64,000 nucleotides of DNA from Octopus sinensis (taxonomy: Eukaryota): assembly GCF_006345805.1 (NCBI RefSeq), contig NC_043004.1:18042001-18106000 (forward strand). The letters run 5' to 3'. Shown here piece after piece: positions 38,711-52,419 of this stretch (positions are counted from its first letter, which is position 1; each line of letters starts with the position of its first letter). Under the pieces are notes generated by a model. The model searched no databases and was not told the DNA's origin. It saw nothing but the letters and a program-made list of their open reading frames with translations. The translations under genes and the position numbers were made by a program.

Positions 38711-40414
38711 CTGACTCTAACACTGACTCATTATAAATCAACACAAACAGTAAGTTCTGTGACACCCAACATCACCGACTGACTCTTTGTATTGAAACTA
38801 ATACAAGCCTCTTGTTTCATCACTAACAGTGACTTTACTTCATCGTCATCACCATTTAATGTCCCTTTTCCATGATGTTGATGATGATGATGATTCATCT
38901 TTTAACATCCACTTTGCTATGAGTGCATGGGTCAGAGTTCACTGAGGCAGATTTTTATGGCTGGATGCCCTTCCTGTTTCCAAGCAAGGTAATATTTCCC
39001 CATGGCCGAACAAGGTTCCACAGAATATTAGAAATGAATGAAACTGCTTGCATGACAATGATACTCATTTACAAAGATCAAGCAATGTCAAGACAAGGAG
39101 ACACACACAGACAACAGGCTTCTTTCAGTTTCTACCAATAAATCCACTCACAAGGCTTCTGTCAACGTGGGGCTACAGTAGGAGACACTTGTCCAATGGG
39201 CTAAGCAGTGGGATTGAACCCAAAGCTATGTGGTTGAGAAGCAAACTTAACCACACAGCTACGTCTCCACTTAATTGAAGAAAAAATAATTTAAATAGAA
39301 AACGTAGAGGATGGCCACAGCTAGAAACCCTTTCCTCACAGATCTGCTGGACCAAGACTGGGTTAAATAACAACAATACTTAAAAACTAATATAATCGTG
39401 CATTGGTTATTATCATCTGAGATTTATTTTTTCACTTATCACCAACTTAATCAAATTATCATCCTTAACAATATCTCAAGCAGTTTTTTAAATATGTGAC
39501 ACCTGTCGAAGCCAACAACAAATCTATCACTGTTTGATGACATAGGCAATATCATCGTTATCATTATTATTGTTTGATGTCTACTTTCCATGCTGGCATG
39601 GGTTGGACAGCGTGACTGGGGATTGACAAACTAGGAGGTTGCACCAAGCTCCAATATGTTCTGGCAAGGTTTCTACAGCTGGATGCCCTCTCTAAAGCCA
39701 ACCACTCCAAGAGAGTAGTGGGTGCTTTTTATGTGCCACTGACATGGGAACAGTCAGATAGCACTGGACTTGACCATGCTCGTATGGTGCTTTTTACATT
39801 CCACAGGCACAGGAGCCAGTCAGGTGGCACTGACATCGACTACACTTGAATGCTGCTTTTTATGTTCAACTGGCACTGGCATCAGCCACACTCAAATGGT
39901 GCTTTTTATGTACCACTGGCATCGGCCACAACAACGATTTCACTTGACTCAACAGGTCTTCATCTATTATTATTATTATGATGATGATCATCATCATCAT
40001 TTAACATCCTCTTCCTATGTTGGCATAGGCTTGAAGGTTTGACAGGAGCTGCACCAGGTTCCATCATCTACCTTGGAATGGTTTCTACTGCTGGATGACC
40101 TTCTTTGTGTCTATCGCTTTACTTAGTGAAAGTGGGTGCTTTTTACATGGCAACAGCACAAATGCTTTTTATGTGGTACCAGCACTTTTTACATGTCACC
40201 ATCACCAGTGCTTTTTATGTGGCACCAGCATTGACAAGGTAACCAAGTAATTTGTAAGATGTATACCTTAATTACTAATGAAGTTTGAAATCATGGTTCA
40301 AAAAAAGTTACATTTTCAAAACATATATTTATTAATTGATAAACAATTTATGATAACCACATACATACATCCTTCCAAACGCCAGTTGAAGTAGTAGTGA
40401 TTTTCTCAGATTTA

Positions 40415-40612
<198 letters not shown>

Positions 40613-41155
40613 TTAAGTTAATTAGCTGCTAGCATCTGCCTTTGTATCAGGAATCCTTTCCACATAATGAAATGAATGTGTAGCCTACTCATGCAAACCC
40701 ACCATATACTCCCACTTTTAGTTTCTCTGTCCCCATCAACTTCTACTCATTTTTGTACTTTGAGAGGCCACGTAGACACCACATCACTATAATTTATCTC
40801 TGTAGTTCCACCCGATAATTCTCACCCTCCCATCTAAATGTGAACGACCATGCACTTCCTCCAGAGTGCCTACCCCATGTTCCCGTACACTTTGACCCCT
40901 TATCCTCTAGTATAAAGCTGGCCCTCCCCTCCCTTGCGGTTCACAGATTTGTGAGATGCATGGTGACATCACTAGGAAAAGCATCTAGACGTAGAAACCA
41001 TACCAAAACAGACACTGGAGCACAATGCCATGCTCAAACCCATGGATCCTGACAAATCATCTAACCCATGCCTCCAGCTATGGTTAGGGCATCTTCTCTT
41101 CTGCCTCTCTTGTGGTTCGCAGACCAGAGCCTGACATGTAACACAGTATAATTGT

Positions 41156-42406
41156 ACATTATTTACATTTGATGGGTATTTGTCCTCATCTTAATATATT
41201 TCGGCTGATATACCCTTCAGCCTTCATCAGGTGTCTTGGGGAAATTTCGAACCTGGGTTCTCATTCCTAAGGTATTTTTCGCTGTTATTATTATTATTAC
41301 TATAATTATTATTCAGGTCGCAGCCTGGAATTGAACTCAGATTCTTGAGGTTAGTAGCCCAACCTATTAACCACTACACCATATGCCTGTAGTGGTTAAG
41401 AGCGCAGGCTACTAACCACAAGATTCCGAGTTCAATTCCAGGCAGTGACCTGAATAAAAATAATAATAATCATCATCATCATCATTGTTTAACATCCGTT
41501 TTCCATGTTAGCATGGATTGGACGGTTTGACCGGGGTCTGGGAAGCCAGGAAGCTGCACCAGGCACCAGTCTGATCTTGCAATGTTTCTACAGCTGGATG
41601 CACTTCCTAATGCCAACCACTCCGTGAGTGTAGTGGGTGCTTTTTATGTGCCACTGGCACGGAAACCAGTCAAGGTGGCGCTGGCAATGGCCACGTTTGG
41701 ATGGTGCTTTTTACGTGCCACCGGCACAGGTATCATAACTACAATTTCCATTGATATTTTGATGTTGATGTACTTGTCTCAATAGGTCTCCTAAAGCACA
41801 GTGTGAGTATATATATATATCATCATCATTATCTTTTAACGTCCGCTTTCCATGCTAGCTTGGGTTGGACGATTTGACTGAGGACTGGTGAACCAGATGG
41901 CTGCGCCAGGCTCCAATCTGATCTGGCAGGACTTCCACAGCCAGATGCCCTTCCTAACACCAACCACTCCGAGAGTGCAGTGGGTGCTTTTACGTGCCAC
42001 CTGCACGAGGGCCAGTCTGGCTGTACTGGCTACGGCCACGCTCGAAATAGCGTTTCTTTACATGCCACCTGCACAGGAGTCAGTCTAGCGGCACTGGCAA
42101 CAACCTCGCTCGAATGTTTTGTTCACGTGCCACCGGCACAAGTGCCAGTAAGGCGACACTGGTAATGATCATGCTCAAAAGGTCACTGCCTGGAATTGAA
42201 CTCAGAATCTTGGGATTAGTAGCCCACACTCTTAACCACTATTCCATATACCTTAGGAATGAGAACCCAGGTTTGAAATTTCCCCAATACACCTGATGAA
42301 GGCTGGAGGGTATGTCAGCTGAAACTGTGTTAACAACAAACAAGAAGAGGACAAATATCCATCAATTGTAAATAATGTAAATAATTCCTCATCTCTTAAA
42401 TATAGA
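41156..42406. mobile_element. Inverted composite tRNA-head/hammerhead-tail element with nested SINEs (locus C)
   Basis: tail(-)head(-)/head(+), two (GAT)n-family insertions ~41471-42180, then head(-)/tail(+); TSD acagtataa(t/c)tgt at 41143-41155 and 42407-42419 (12/13 match). Confidence 0.75.
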
Positions 42407-42712
42407 ACAGTATAACTGTCTCCTTAAGGCATGGTCAACCCATCCTTTCATATGGTTTCCTGGGGGAAGACTGTCCAAGTGTTGTTGCTTTTGATTTGTC
42501 ATCAGTGCTTCTGTAACTTCGATTTTTCCTAGACAGAGGTATATATTACATTTTGCGCCTAAAGATAGTCATTATCATCATCATTTGACGTCCATGTTCC
42601 GTGCTGGAAGAGCTGGAAAAATAGGGATCCAAATGGAGAAAAGTAGAAAAGACAGCTTCAAGTAGAGAAAAGTCATTGATGGCCTATGCTCTACATGGAG
42701 TGAAGGGCTTAA

Positions 42713-42888
42713 CCCTTGAACATTTTGATTACCCAATCAAACGTAATACTCATTTATTCACATCATTTTGAATTAATCAGGAATGATCTCATAGAGTCAA
42801 GATTTCAATGGCGTCATTCTTTATTTTTAGAATGACCTTATAGGGTAGGTGGGTGAAGCTGGATCTGGCTCGTTTAAATGCTAAAGAG
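42713..42888. mobile_element. piggyBac-like MITE (same family as 37417, opposite orientation)
   Basis: TTAA|cccttgaacatt ... aaatgctaaagag|TTAA. Confidence 0.7.
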
Positions 42889-43222
42889 TTAAGCAGGTTA
42901 GTTAAATATCTGACCCAAAGCCCAATCAGTAACCTTATTCTTATAGTTCTTGTAGCACTTAATGTAAACCGATCGCAGAAACGAAACATTTAAAAATATT
43001 GAGTTATCTCCCTTGATACAATCTATACTTGAGTCTTTTGGAACTTTTCCCTCCTACACTGTTTCAATGAACAATTTCACTAATCCTTTGCTATAATGTT
43101 ACAAAAAGTTTTATTTTATTATAATCCACTAATCCATTATGCCTTAGAATCAGGATAAAGTTTCAGCTAGAAATATAACTGATGAGATTTATAGAATAAT
43201 TGCTCCAATGGTATTGACTTAA

Positions 43223-43633
<411 letters not shown>

Positions 43634-44584
43634 TTATTTAAAGAAAACACTAACTGCACACATAAAGATCATAACATTACAATTTGAAATCCATTTTTAA
43701 ATAAAGCAAAACAGGGCCATGTTAGTAGAAGGGTAACTTTAGTAGAAAGTGATTAAAGGCAAGAATTATTAACCAAAACTGCTCTAAGTTTAAATTATGT
43801 CCCACCTGTTGGACGGTATTTTCAAGTGAATTCATAAAATGACTGGATACAGGGAATAGGTATCGTTTATCTTTTAATTGTCTTAGTCAATGGACTGGGC
43901 CCATGCTAGGACATTGTCTCAAAGAGTTTTAGTCAAACAAATTGACCTCAGTACTTAACCTTTTTTAAGGTACTTATTCTATTGGTCTCTTTTGATGAAC
44001 TGCTATGTTACATAAATGTAAACAAACACCAACACCAATTGTCAAGCAGTGGGGATGATGACACACACACACAATGGGCTTCCACACAGTTTTCATCTAC
44101 TAAATCCACTTGTGAGGCATTGGTCAACTTAGGACTATCATAGAGGGCACCAGTCCAAGGTAATAACACAGTGGAACTGAACCTGAGACCACGTGGTTGC
44201 AAAGCAAGCTTCTTAACCACACAACTATGCCTATACCTACACTCAGCTAGAATCTTCAGATTTCTAGAATGAGACCATGGTTCACATTTTGCAGTGTGGA
44301 ATAGATGGGACACAAATATTGTACTTCAAGGAAATTAGCAGAACTAATTTGAAGTGAATTTTCCAAACTGAGACAAAATGGATATATATTAACAAACAAA
44401 AAGAACGCAGCCCCAATAACGAACAGAGTCAACAATTACTGAAGAGGCTGCAAGAAGCAATGAATATTTTAGAAAAGAAACAAAAAAAAGTAAATGAGTG
44501 GAAATCAAACCAGTGAGTGTGTTAATTAAGAAGACGTTAAAACAGAATGACTCTCCCCAGACACAACAATATATATTCTTTTGT

Positions 44585-44963
44585 TCTTTTACTTGTTTCA
44601 GGCATTTGACTGTGGCCATGCTGGAGCACCGCCTTTAGTCAAACAAATCAACCCCAGGATTTATTCTTTGTAAGCCTAGTACCTATTCTATAGGTTTATT
44701 TTGCCGAACCGCTAAGTTACGGGAACATAAACACACTGACATCGGTTGTCAAGCAACGATGGCATGACAAACACAGACACACAAACATACACACATACAC
44801 ATACACGATGTACTTCTTTTAGTTTCTGTCTACCAAATCCACTCACAAGGCTTTGGTCAGCCTGAGGCTATAGTAGAAGACACTTGCCCAAGGTGCCACA
44901 CAGTGGGACTGAACCTAAAATCATGTGGTTGGTAAGCAAGCTACTTACCACACAGCCACTCCT
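44585..44963 (-). mobile_element. tRNA-derived CORE-type SINE, full length
   Basis: Same family; further copies at ~24-150, 6665-7045, 10885-11095, 12390-12515, 33155-33305, 39105-39265, 43860-44225, 46780-47160, 50270-50430, 51040-51200 and 62690-62810. Confidence 0.85.
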
Positions 44964-45250
44964 ATATATTATATATACTTATTCATCTTTACATCCATTT
45001 TCCCATGTTAGCATGGGTTAGACAAAATACATAGAGGTGGAGTAGTTTTCACAGCTGGATGCTCATTCTATCACTAACCTTCGGCAGTCGCTCGAGTAAG
45101 AGAGTTGTTTATTTTTAAAAGTGCTGAGCTACAGAACGTTTTGTTGACAGGAAAATAAGAACAGACAACATAATAAGAGATGAGTAGCCATTATTATTTG
45201 GAAAGACAATAATAGGTCAGAGATAGCTGCAATAATAAACAACATTGTTA

Positions 45251-45469
<219 letters not shown>

Positions 45470-46407
45470 TCAGTATTCACAATTGAGGTTATCTTAAATT
45501 GAAACAGCCATCTGTGTATCATAATAAATGTAGACACACCATTGATCAGCCAGTTATGGTATTTATCCTAAAAAAACATCTCTTATAGACGTGCTGTGTT
45601 AAAAGCAATAAATATCAGAAGGAGCAGAAAAATCCCCTGAGCAGCAATTTTAAGAATACCAGAAACATTTCAGTTGTTTTGAGCCTTTTCAGTGACGTGC
45701 TTGCAGCCAGCCACATAACTGAATGGGAATTCAACCAAATATATGTCTAGCAAAAAATCAGGCATTCTTGTTGGACATTGCAGGGATAGATGTTCTTTTC
45801 CACTCAGGGTACAAGGCCAGAAATTTTTTGTGGGGAGGGGGTCAGTCGATTAGATCGACCCCAGAATGTAACTGGTACTTAATTTATCAACCCCAAAAGG
45901 ATGAAAGGTAAAGTCGACCTTGGCAGAATTTGAACTCAGAATGTAAAGAGAGAGACGAAATACTGCTAAGCATTTTGCCTGGCATGCTAACATTTCTTAT
46001 TTTTTTATTGCTCACAAGGGGCTAAACATAGAGGGGACAAACAAGGACAGACAAAGGAATTAAGTTGATTACATCGACCCCAGTGTGTAACTGGTACTTA
46101 ATTTATCGAGCCCAAAAGGATGAAAGGCAAAATGGAATTTGGTGGAATTTGTACTCAGAAGGTGCAGACAGATGATATACCACTAAGCATTTCGCCCGGC
46201 ATGCTGACATTTTGCCAGCTCACTGCCTTAGATGTTATCTCAGGATGAGTACTGCAGAAACTGGCCTATCAATGATGTATATACATTAAGTATGAAACAC
46301 AGAAGGCTATATGATATTAATTTCATGTTAACATACAAAGCATACAAATTATGAGATGACAATAGAGCACTCTGCAGCAGTTGTTTGATTTGCTAGAAAT
46401 AGACTAG

Positions 46408-46439
<32 letters not shown>

Positions 46440-47308
46440 CAGCACAAATCCCACCCTACCAGCCTTAAAGATTTAAGACCACATTAAATATTTCTAGATA
46501 CACTGTACTCTGTGGTGGGGTGGGGTGGGGGGAGAAATTGGTTGGCTAATTATGGTTGGATTGTCTTTGACCAAAAGATACCCTGATGGGGGTTGACTTA
46601 CTAAACTAAAAAAAAAACATAAAAGAAAGTAAATAACAGAATGGTTTCACCATCTTAAACTACAATATTTGATGGCATATAGGATGCATTTTTTCCCCAC
46701 CAAAATTTTTCAAAAACTCACCCTGGGTCCTATATGCAAAGTTGGGCCTATATTACATGCTTTGTCTTGTATCTTTTCCTTGTTTCAGCCATTAGAGTGT
46801 GGGTTAGGGTTAGGGTTAATTTTTAGTTGAATGAATCAACCTCAGTGCTTATTATTTTTTCTTAAAGCTTAATGGTCTCCTTTGCTGAACTGCTAAGTTT
46901 GCAGGGACATAAACAAACCAACACGAATTGTTAGGCAGTGGTAGAGGACAAACATTGATGCAAAGGCACACACATTTCATATGCATATTTTACACACACA
47001 CACAAAGGAAGGACTTCTTCAGTTTCTGTCAACCAAATCCACTCATAAGGCTTTGGTCAGCCTGAGACTACAATAGAAGATACTTGGCCAAGGTGCCACG
47101 AAGTGGGACTGAACCCAGAGCCATGTGTTTGGGAAGCAAACCTCACACCACAAAGCCACTAAAAATACTTTTCTTGAATATGTGCATCTAACAAAGCCTA
47201 TGCAACTTTCATGCCATCAAATACAGTGATCTTCAGATTATTGCCCACACAATCAAACCTAAAGGTTATCAAAGATTCAGTTCCATATCACAAAAAAGTA
47301 CCACTTAC

Positions 47309-47438
47309 TTAGCTGAACTGATAACATTCCAATCTTCATCTCCCAACGCATCATCAGCTATATTTTCTCTGGAAACTAAAGCTTCTTTGGCCAGTTCAAG
47401 TTTCTGCAGTCCATCTTCCTCTGATTTATCTGGCAGGT
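47309..47438 (-). CDS. NBEAL1: Neurobeachin-like exon 11/30
   Basis: atttgcag|AC CTG...GCT AA|gtaagt; DLPDKSEEDGLQKLELAKEALVSRENIADDALGDEDWNVISSA; phases 1 and 2 fit. Confidence 0.88.
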
Positions 47439-47574
47439 CTGCAAATATAAAAACATTTCATAATACAGGTTTCCTACATTTTTTTCACTATTTCAACATA
47501 CAAACATTCGATATTTCAGTACGGTTGTGAAGCCTTTGTTTTTAAGTTTACATACATTGATATTAGGAATTATG

Positions 47575-48030
47575 ATGGACGTCCACTTGTGACCAAGGAA
47601 GACCATTGCTGAACTTCAGGAACATTGTGCGCTCTAGAACTTATATTTTGCATTCGTGGCTCTGTTGGTGGATAATGAGCCCTGCTCTTGACAAGCATAC
47701 ACGACTGCAAACATTGCAGATCAAGCTTTCCCCATTCACTAAACCAGCAGTGTGCTTTCGAGCAGCACGCTTAAGTTCTTCATGCAGAATACATGCTCTC
47801 TCAAAAGTGTCAACCCTACTCCTTAACCTGCTTCCTTCATCTGTGGCGATAGCAGGCACTGCTCTCCCAGTCAATCTCCTGCATATCACAGGCCTTTAAT
47901 GAGGACTTGACAGTTCTTAAATCACAGCTTTGGTTTCTGCTGGGGTATTTTTTCACTCACAAGGTCCCCATATAGCATCTGCTTAGGGATCCTGCTATCT
48001 TTCATTATAATAATGTGTCCAGTCCAATGT
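47575..48030 (-). mobile_element. RTE-type LINE 3' fragment with C2H2-like zinc finger
   Basis: WTGHIIIMKDSRIPKQMLYGDL, then CNVCSRVCLSRAGLIIHQQSH; contains stops and a frameshift. Confidence 0.85.
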
Positions 48031-48279
48031 AGCTGGTGAATATATATATATATTTAAGGAATCATCATCATCAGTTAACATCCGTTTTCCATGGGTTGGA
48101 CGGTTTGCCTGAGGACTGGAGAGCCAGTGGTTGCACCAGGCTCCAATCTTATCTGGTAGAGTTTCTACAGGTGGATGCCCTTCCTAATGCCAACCACTCT
48201 GAGAGTGTAGTAGGTACTATACGCACACACACACATACATATACATATATATATATATGTACATATACACATTATATGT

Positions 48280-48323
<44 letters not shown>

Positions 48324-48650
48324 GAAAAGTACATTTTCAATTATCTATTCACACATAACAGATGCCCAAACACAAATCTGGAAGTACATATAATACTACT
48401 ACTGGATAGCACAGGGTGAAATATGAAGGTGGACAAGGCTTATACTGTACTCTACTTCGTTCTTAATAGAATATACCATAACTATATCAAAATAGAAGAA
48501 TGGAGAATTTTTTGGTATTATTTATTTCACCATTACACATGTTTATTCACCATTACTCATAGGAGTTACAAAATTGTACATTGTAGAAAAGATGTAAGAT
48601 ATAACCTATTAGATATTCTTCAGGCAGAGAATTAAATAGTTTGACATTAG

Positions 48651-48802
48651 TTACATTTGACGGATATTTGTCCTCATCTCATTTGTTGTTAACACAACGT
48701 TTTGGCTGATATACCCTCCAGCCTTGTTATTATTATCAGGTGTCTTGTTATTATTATTATTCAGGTCACTGCCTGGAATCGAGTTTGATTCCAGGCAGTG
48801 AC
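48651..48802. mobile_element. Degenerate inverted composite of the same family (locus D)
   Basis: Tail(-) with disrupted core, then hairpin gtcactgcctggaatc-gagttt-gattccaggcagtgac, followed by (GAA)n; no TSD seen. Confidence 0.7.
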
Positions 48803-49005
48803 AAGAAGAAGAAGAAGAAGAAGAAGAAGAGGGAGAAGTAGAAGAAGAGGGAGAAGAAGAAGAAGAAGAAGAGGGAGAGGGAGAAGAAGAAGAAGAAGAA
48901 GAAGAAGAAGAAGAAGAGGGAGGAGAAGAAGAAGAAGAAGAGGGAGAAGAAGAAGAAGAAGAAGAAGAAGAAGAAGAAAAGAAGAAGAAGAAGAAGATGA
49001 AGAAA
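48803..49005. repeat. (GAA)n purine tract with GAGGGA interruptions
   Basis: About 200 nt almost entirely A/G on the + strand. Confidence 0.95.
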
Positions 49006-49134
49006 AAGTGTATATTCCACTGATGAGGCAAAGCATTCCTAAATGCACAGCTAGTAATCCAGGATCTGGAATTATCCAGTAATTTTTTACTAGTTTCATC
49101 TTGTCTTTTTGTCTTCTCTCCGTGTTGCTATATG

Positions 49135-49290
49135 GACACTTAAGGTGGTTTCAGAGTCAGATCATGGCTGCTATTTTCAGCATGATGCTATCTCGTAGAT
49201 ACCTTAATTTATAATTTTAATAATTATTACCTTTGAAGGTAATTTTTTCCATGCTAGCCACTTGATAAGATCGTTATTTTATTTTAAATT
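49135..49290 (+). repeat. Decayed copy related to the 28218-28490 tail
   Basis: gtggtttcagagtcag...ctgctattttcagcatg and ggtaattttttccatgctagccacttgataag resemble motifs in A'. Confidence 0.55.
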
Positions 49291-49460
49291 AACGATCTTA
49301 TCTTTATATATATATATAGAGAGAGAGATGTACTCGCATAGCAAGTGATTTGATCTGAGATCGTGTGCTGGAACGAAAACAATTGCACCGTGGAAGGTGT
49401 TTGTAAGCCATTTAAGTAACACACAAAAGACGTTCGATTCACTTCAACATTTAAGTTTAA

Positions 49461-49510
49461 TTTGTCAAAATATTTTCGTCGCTAAAATCCGTGACCTGTT
49501 CACTGACAAA
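49461..49510 (-). ncRNA. Type I hammerhead motif with G3:C8 covariant core
   Basis: UUUGUCA GUGAACA G GUCAC GGAUUUUA GCGAC GAA AAUAUU U UGACAAA; 7-bp stem I, palindromic stem III, one stem II mismatch. Confidence 0.65.
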
Positions 49511-49530
49511 AATCCGTGTTGCATCTCTTT

Positions 49531-49580
49531 TTTGTCAGTGAACAGGTCGCGGATTTTAGCGACGTAAATATTTTGACAAA
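49531..49580 (+). ncRNA. Inverted partner of the G3:C8 hammerhead motif
   Basis: UUUGUCA GUGAACA G GUCGC GGAUUUUA GCGAC GUA AAUAUU U UGACAAA; intact stem II, A13U lesion. Confidence 0.6.
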
Positions 49581-49661
49581 TTAAACTTAAATGTTGAAGT
49601 GAATCGAACGGCTTTTGTGTGTTTCTTAAATGGCTTACAAACACCTTCCATGCTGCAATTG

Positions 49662-49698
<37 letters not shown>

Positions 49699-49829
49699 GG
49701 TATTGCTGTACGGTTAAAAGGCTTGCAGAAGAAACTCAAAACGTTTTCAGTCATAAGATCTGAAAAGTAAAACTACAAGGTGTGTGTGTATAGGTGTAAG
49801 AAATAAGCATTAACTAACCAAATATTTCA

Positions 49830-50021
<192 letters not shown>

Positions 50022-50485
50022 TCAGAGAGAAATGGTATCATCACCATCATTTGGCATCCAGTTTTCCATGCTTGCATGGCTCAGGTGGAATTTGTCGAGA
50101 TTTACTATGACAGGATGCTGTTCCAGTAACCAACCCTCACCTGTGTCCAGGTAAGGTAATATTTCTCCATGGTCAGAAAGGGAAGATTGGACACAAACAA
50201 CATTTATCTATCTGTCTATCTATCTATATATATTATACACACACGCGCACACACACACACAAACGCACAACAGGCTTGTTTCAGTTCCAGCTTACCAAAA
50301 CCACTCACAAGGCTTTGGCTGACCCATGGCTATAGTAGAAGACATTTGCTCAAGGTGCTGCACAGTAAGACGGAACCTGACATCATATGGTTGGGAGCCA
50401 AATTTCTTAACCACACAGCTACTTCTGCTCCTACAGACAACAACAACAACAACAAGAGAAACAAAACTGAAAATGTAGTCCTTAC

Positions 50486-50643
50486 TCATCAGACCAGGCC
50501 CCACGTTTTGCTAGAAAGAAACGTTTTGTTGCTCTCCACTGCCTCATCACTGCATTGTGTTGGTTGCGAAGTTGTGTTGTGACATTCTGGAATCGGCGAT
50601 GTTCTTGAGATACCTTAGATTTGGCAACATCCACAATCTGACT
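50486..50643 (-). CDS. NBEAL1: Neurobeachin-like exon 9/30
   Basis: ttttctag|AGT CAG...GAT GA|gtaagg; SQIVDVAKSKVSQEHRRFQNVTTQLRNQHNAVMRQWRATKRFFLAKRGAWSD. Confidence 0.92.
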
Positions 50644-51180
50644 CTAGAAAAGAGGAAGGCGATATTCTGGTATTAGATAAGCATTAAGAATTAAGGATTG
50701 TATTACTACTAAAAAAGAAAAAAAAAGAAGGCAGGGATAAAGTTCTTTCTCCTCAGAATAAGCAATAGAATAACACTTCAAATCATCATCATCATCATTT
50801 AACATTTGTTTACCATGCTGGCATGGGTTGGATGGTTTGACAGAAGCTGGAAAGGCCAGGATCCACACTAATTCCATTGTCTGTTTTGGCATGGTTTTTA
50901 TAGCTGGATGCCCTTCCTAATGCCAACCACTTTACAGAGTGTACTGGGCGTCTTTTACGTGGCACCATTACCAGTGCCTTTTCTGTAGCACTGACACCAA
51001 TGCTTTTCACATGGCACAGTGCCAGTACGTTTTAGTATTGCAAATAATTACTAGAAATCCAGATGTGACTTTAGGTCTAGTCCCACTGTGTGGTACTGGG
51101 GGCAAGAGTCTTTTAGTGTAGCCACCAGCAGACCAAAACTTCATAAGAGGACTTCGTAGATGGAAACTGAAAGAAGTCTC

Positions 51181-51217
<37 letters not shown>

Positions 51218-51511
51218 CCCATGTATGAGTGTTTTACCACATTTGTGCTTCTCAAAAAAATTAGTAAACAACAAATGATAATTTTGTTATTTCTCTATCA
51301 ACAAATCATCGACTGGCTTTGCACCCTCAAAAACAGATGGAGGAATCCTTACTGGAAAAACAGTATCAGTTAGCAACAGAAAAGATGTCCAGATATAAAA
51401 CAATGTCACAAAAAATGGACGAACAGATGTAAAATAATGAATAAAAAAAACAAAAAAAAACAACAAAGATATGTCATGAATGGCTGGGATGGAAAAACTA
51501 GCATAATCTAC

Positions 51512-51661
51512 CTGGAAAGCAAGTTTGCTCTTTCCCTGCTCCAGGTTTCGTTTGTGTTTGTTCAACATCATCTGTTCATGGCATTCACTCCAGAATTCGA
51601 TCATCGCTGATTGGTGTTCCAAAAAGATTTTTTCTATAAACTGTTGTAATTGAGGGTTGAT
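51512..51661 (-). CDS. NBEAL1: Neurobeachin-like exon 8/30
   Basis: tcttccag|ATC AAC...TTC CAG|gtagat; INPQLQQFIEKIFLEHQSAMIEFWSECHEQMMLNKHKRNLEQGKSKLAFQ. Confidence 0.93.
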
Positions 51662-52096
51662 CTGGAAGAAACAACATTGAGATGCTGAGATACGGCAAAC
51701 AGAAAGTTATTGCAACAAACATCTATTCCTTAATTCCACTTCATGAAAACTATAACTAATTCTTATCTTTGGTGGTGAAGATGTGTCTGTGTGCATCCTC
51801 AAGTTACAGGGAGGCAAATATAAGAGAAGTGGCACAGAGGATTGAAGCAAAGGGGTAATGTTTTTAATTCATAAGGTAGGGAACGCATAGAGCTATGACA
51901 AGATGTATTTTTATAAAGACACGAACAACAGTTGAAGGTAAAATTATTATAAATGAGAGTTCAAGATATACCATAGAACTGGTTTGTCAAGAGAATGTTT
52001 TTACTAGACACCGGTCATCCAAATAGAGTAAAAATTTTATTTAAAATCTCTTTATCAGTAATTTTCATCATTATTAGGGGTCATCTGTGAACATCT

Positions 52097-52419
52097 GTGA
52101 AGGCACATGGCTTAGTGGTTAGGGCATTCGGCTCACGATTGTAAGGTTGTGAGTTCAATTCTTGGCGACACAGTGTGTCCTTGAGCAAGACACTTTATTT
52201 CACATTGCTCCAGTCCACTCAACTGGCAAAAAATGAGTAGTCCTTGTATTTCAAAGGGCCGGCCTTATCATATTCAGTATCACACTGAATCTCCCTGAGA
52301 ATTACATTAAGGGTACATGTATCTGTGGAGTGCTCAGCCACATATACGTTAATTTCACAAGCAAGCTGTTCTGTTGATTGTATCAGCTGGGACCCTTGTC
52401 GTCGTAACCGACGGAGTGC
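52097..52419 (+). mobile_element. Second CORE-type tRNA SINE family
   Basis: tggcttagtggttaggg...gagttcaatt, tgtgtccttgagcaagacac; relatives at ~18797-19085, 60765-60950, 60995-61200 and 62480-62670 (-). Confidence 0.75.

Larger units (their letters stand above)
49378..49662. repeat. Near-perfect ~285-bp palindrome (Penelope-like head-to-head inversion)
   Basis: aacaattgcaccgtggaagg... / ...ccttccatgctgcaattgtt; short central loop at ~49513-49527. Confidence 0.9.

Noticed and set aside
46798-46820. TTAGGG telomere-like repeats
   Set aside because: Only 2-3 units; compatible with chance or SINE-tail variation.
48651-49099. Poly-Ser, poly-Leu, poly-Phe and poly-Arg ORFs
   Set aside because: All are reading frames of the (GAA)n tract.
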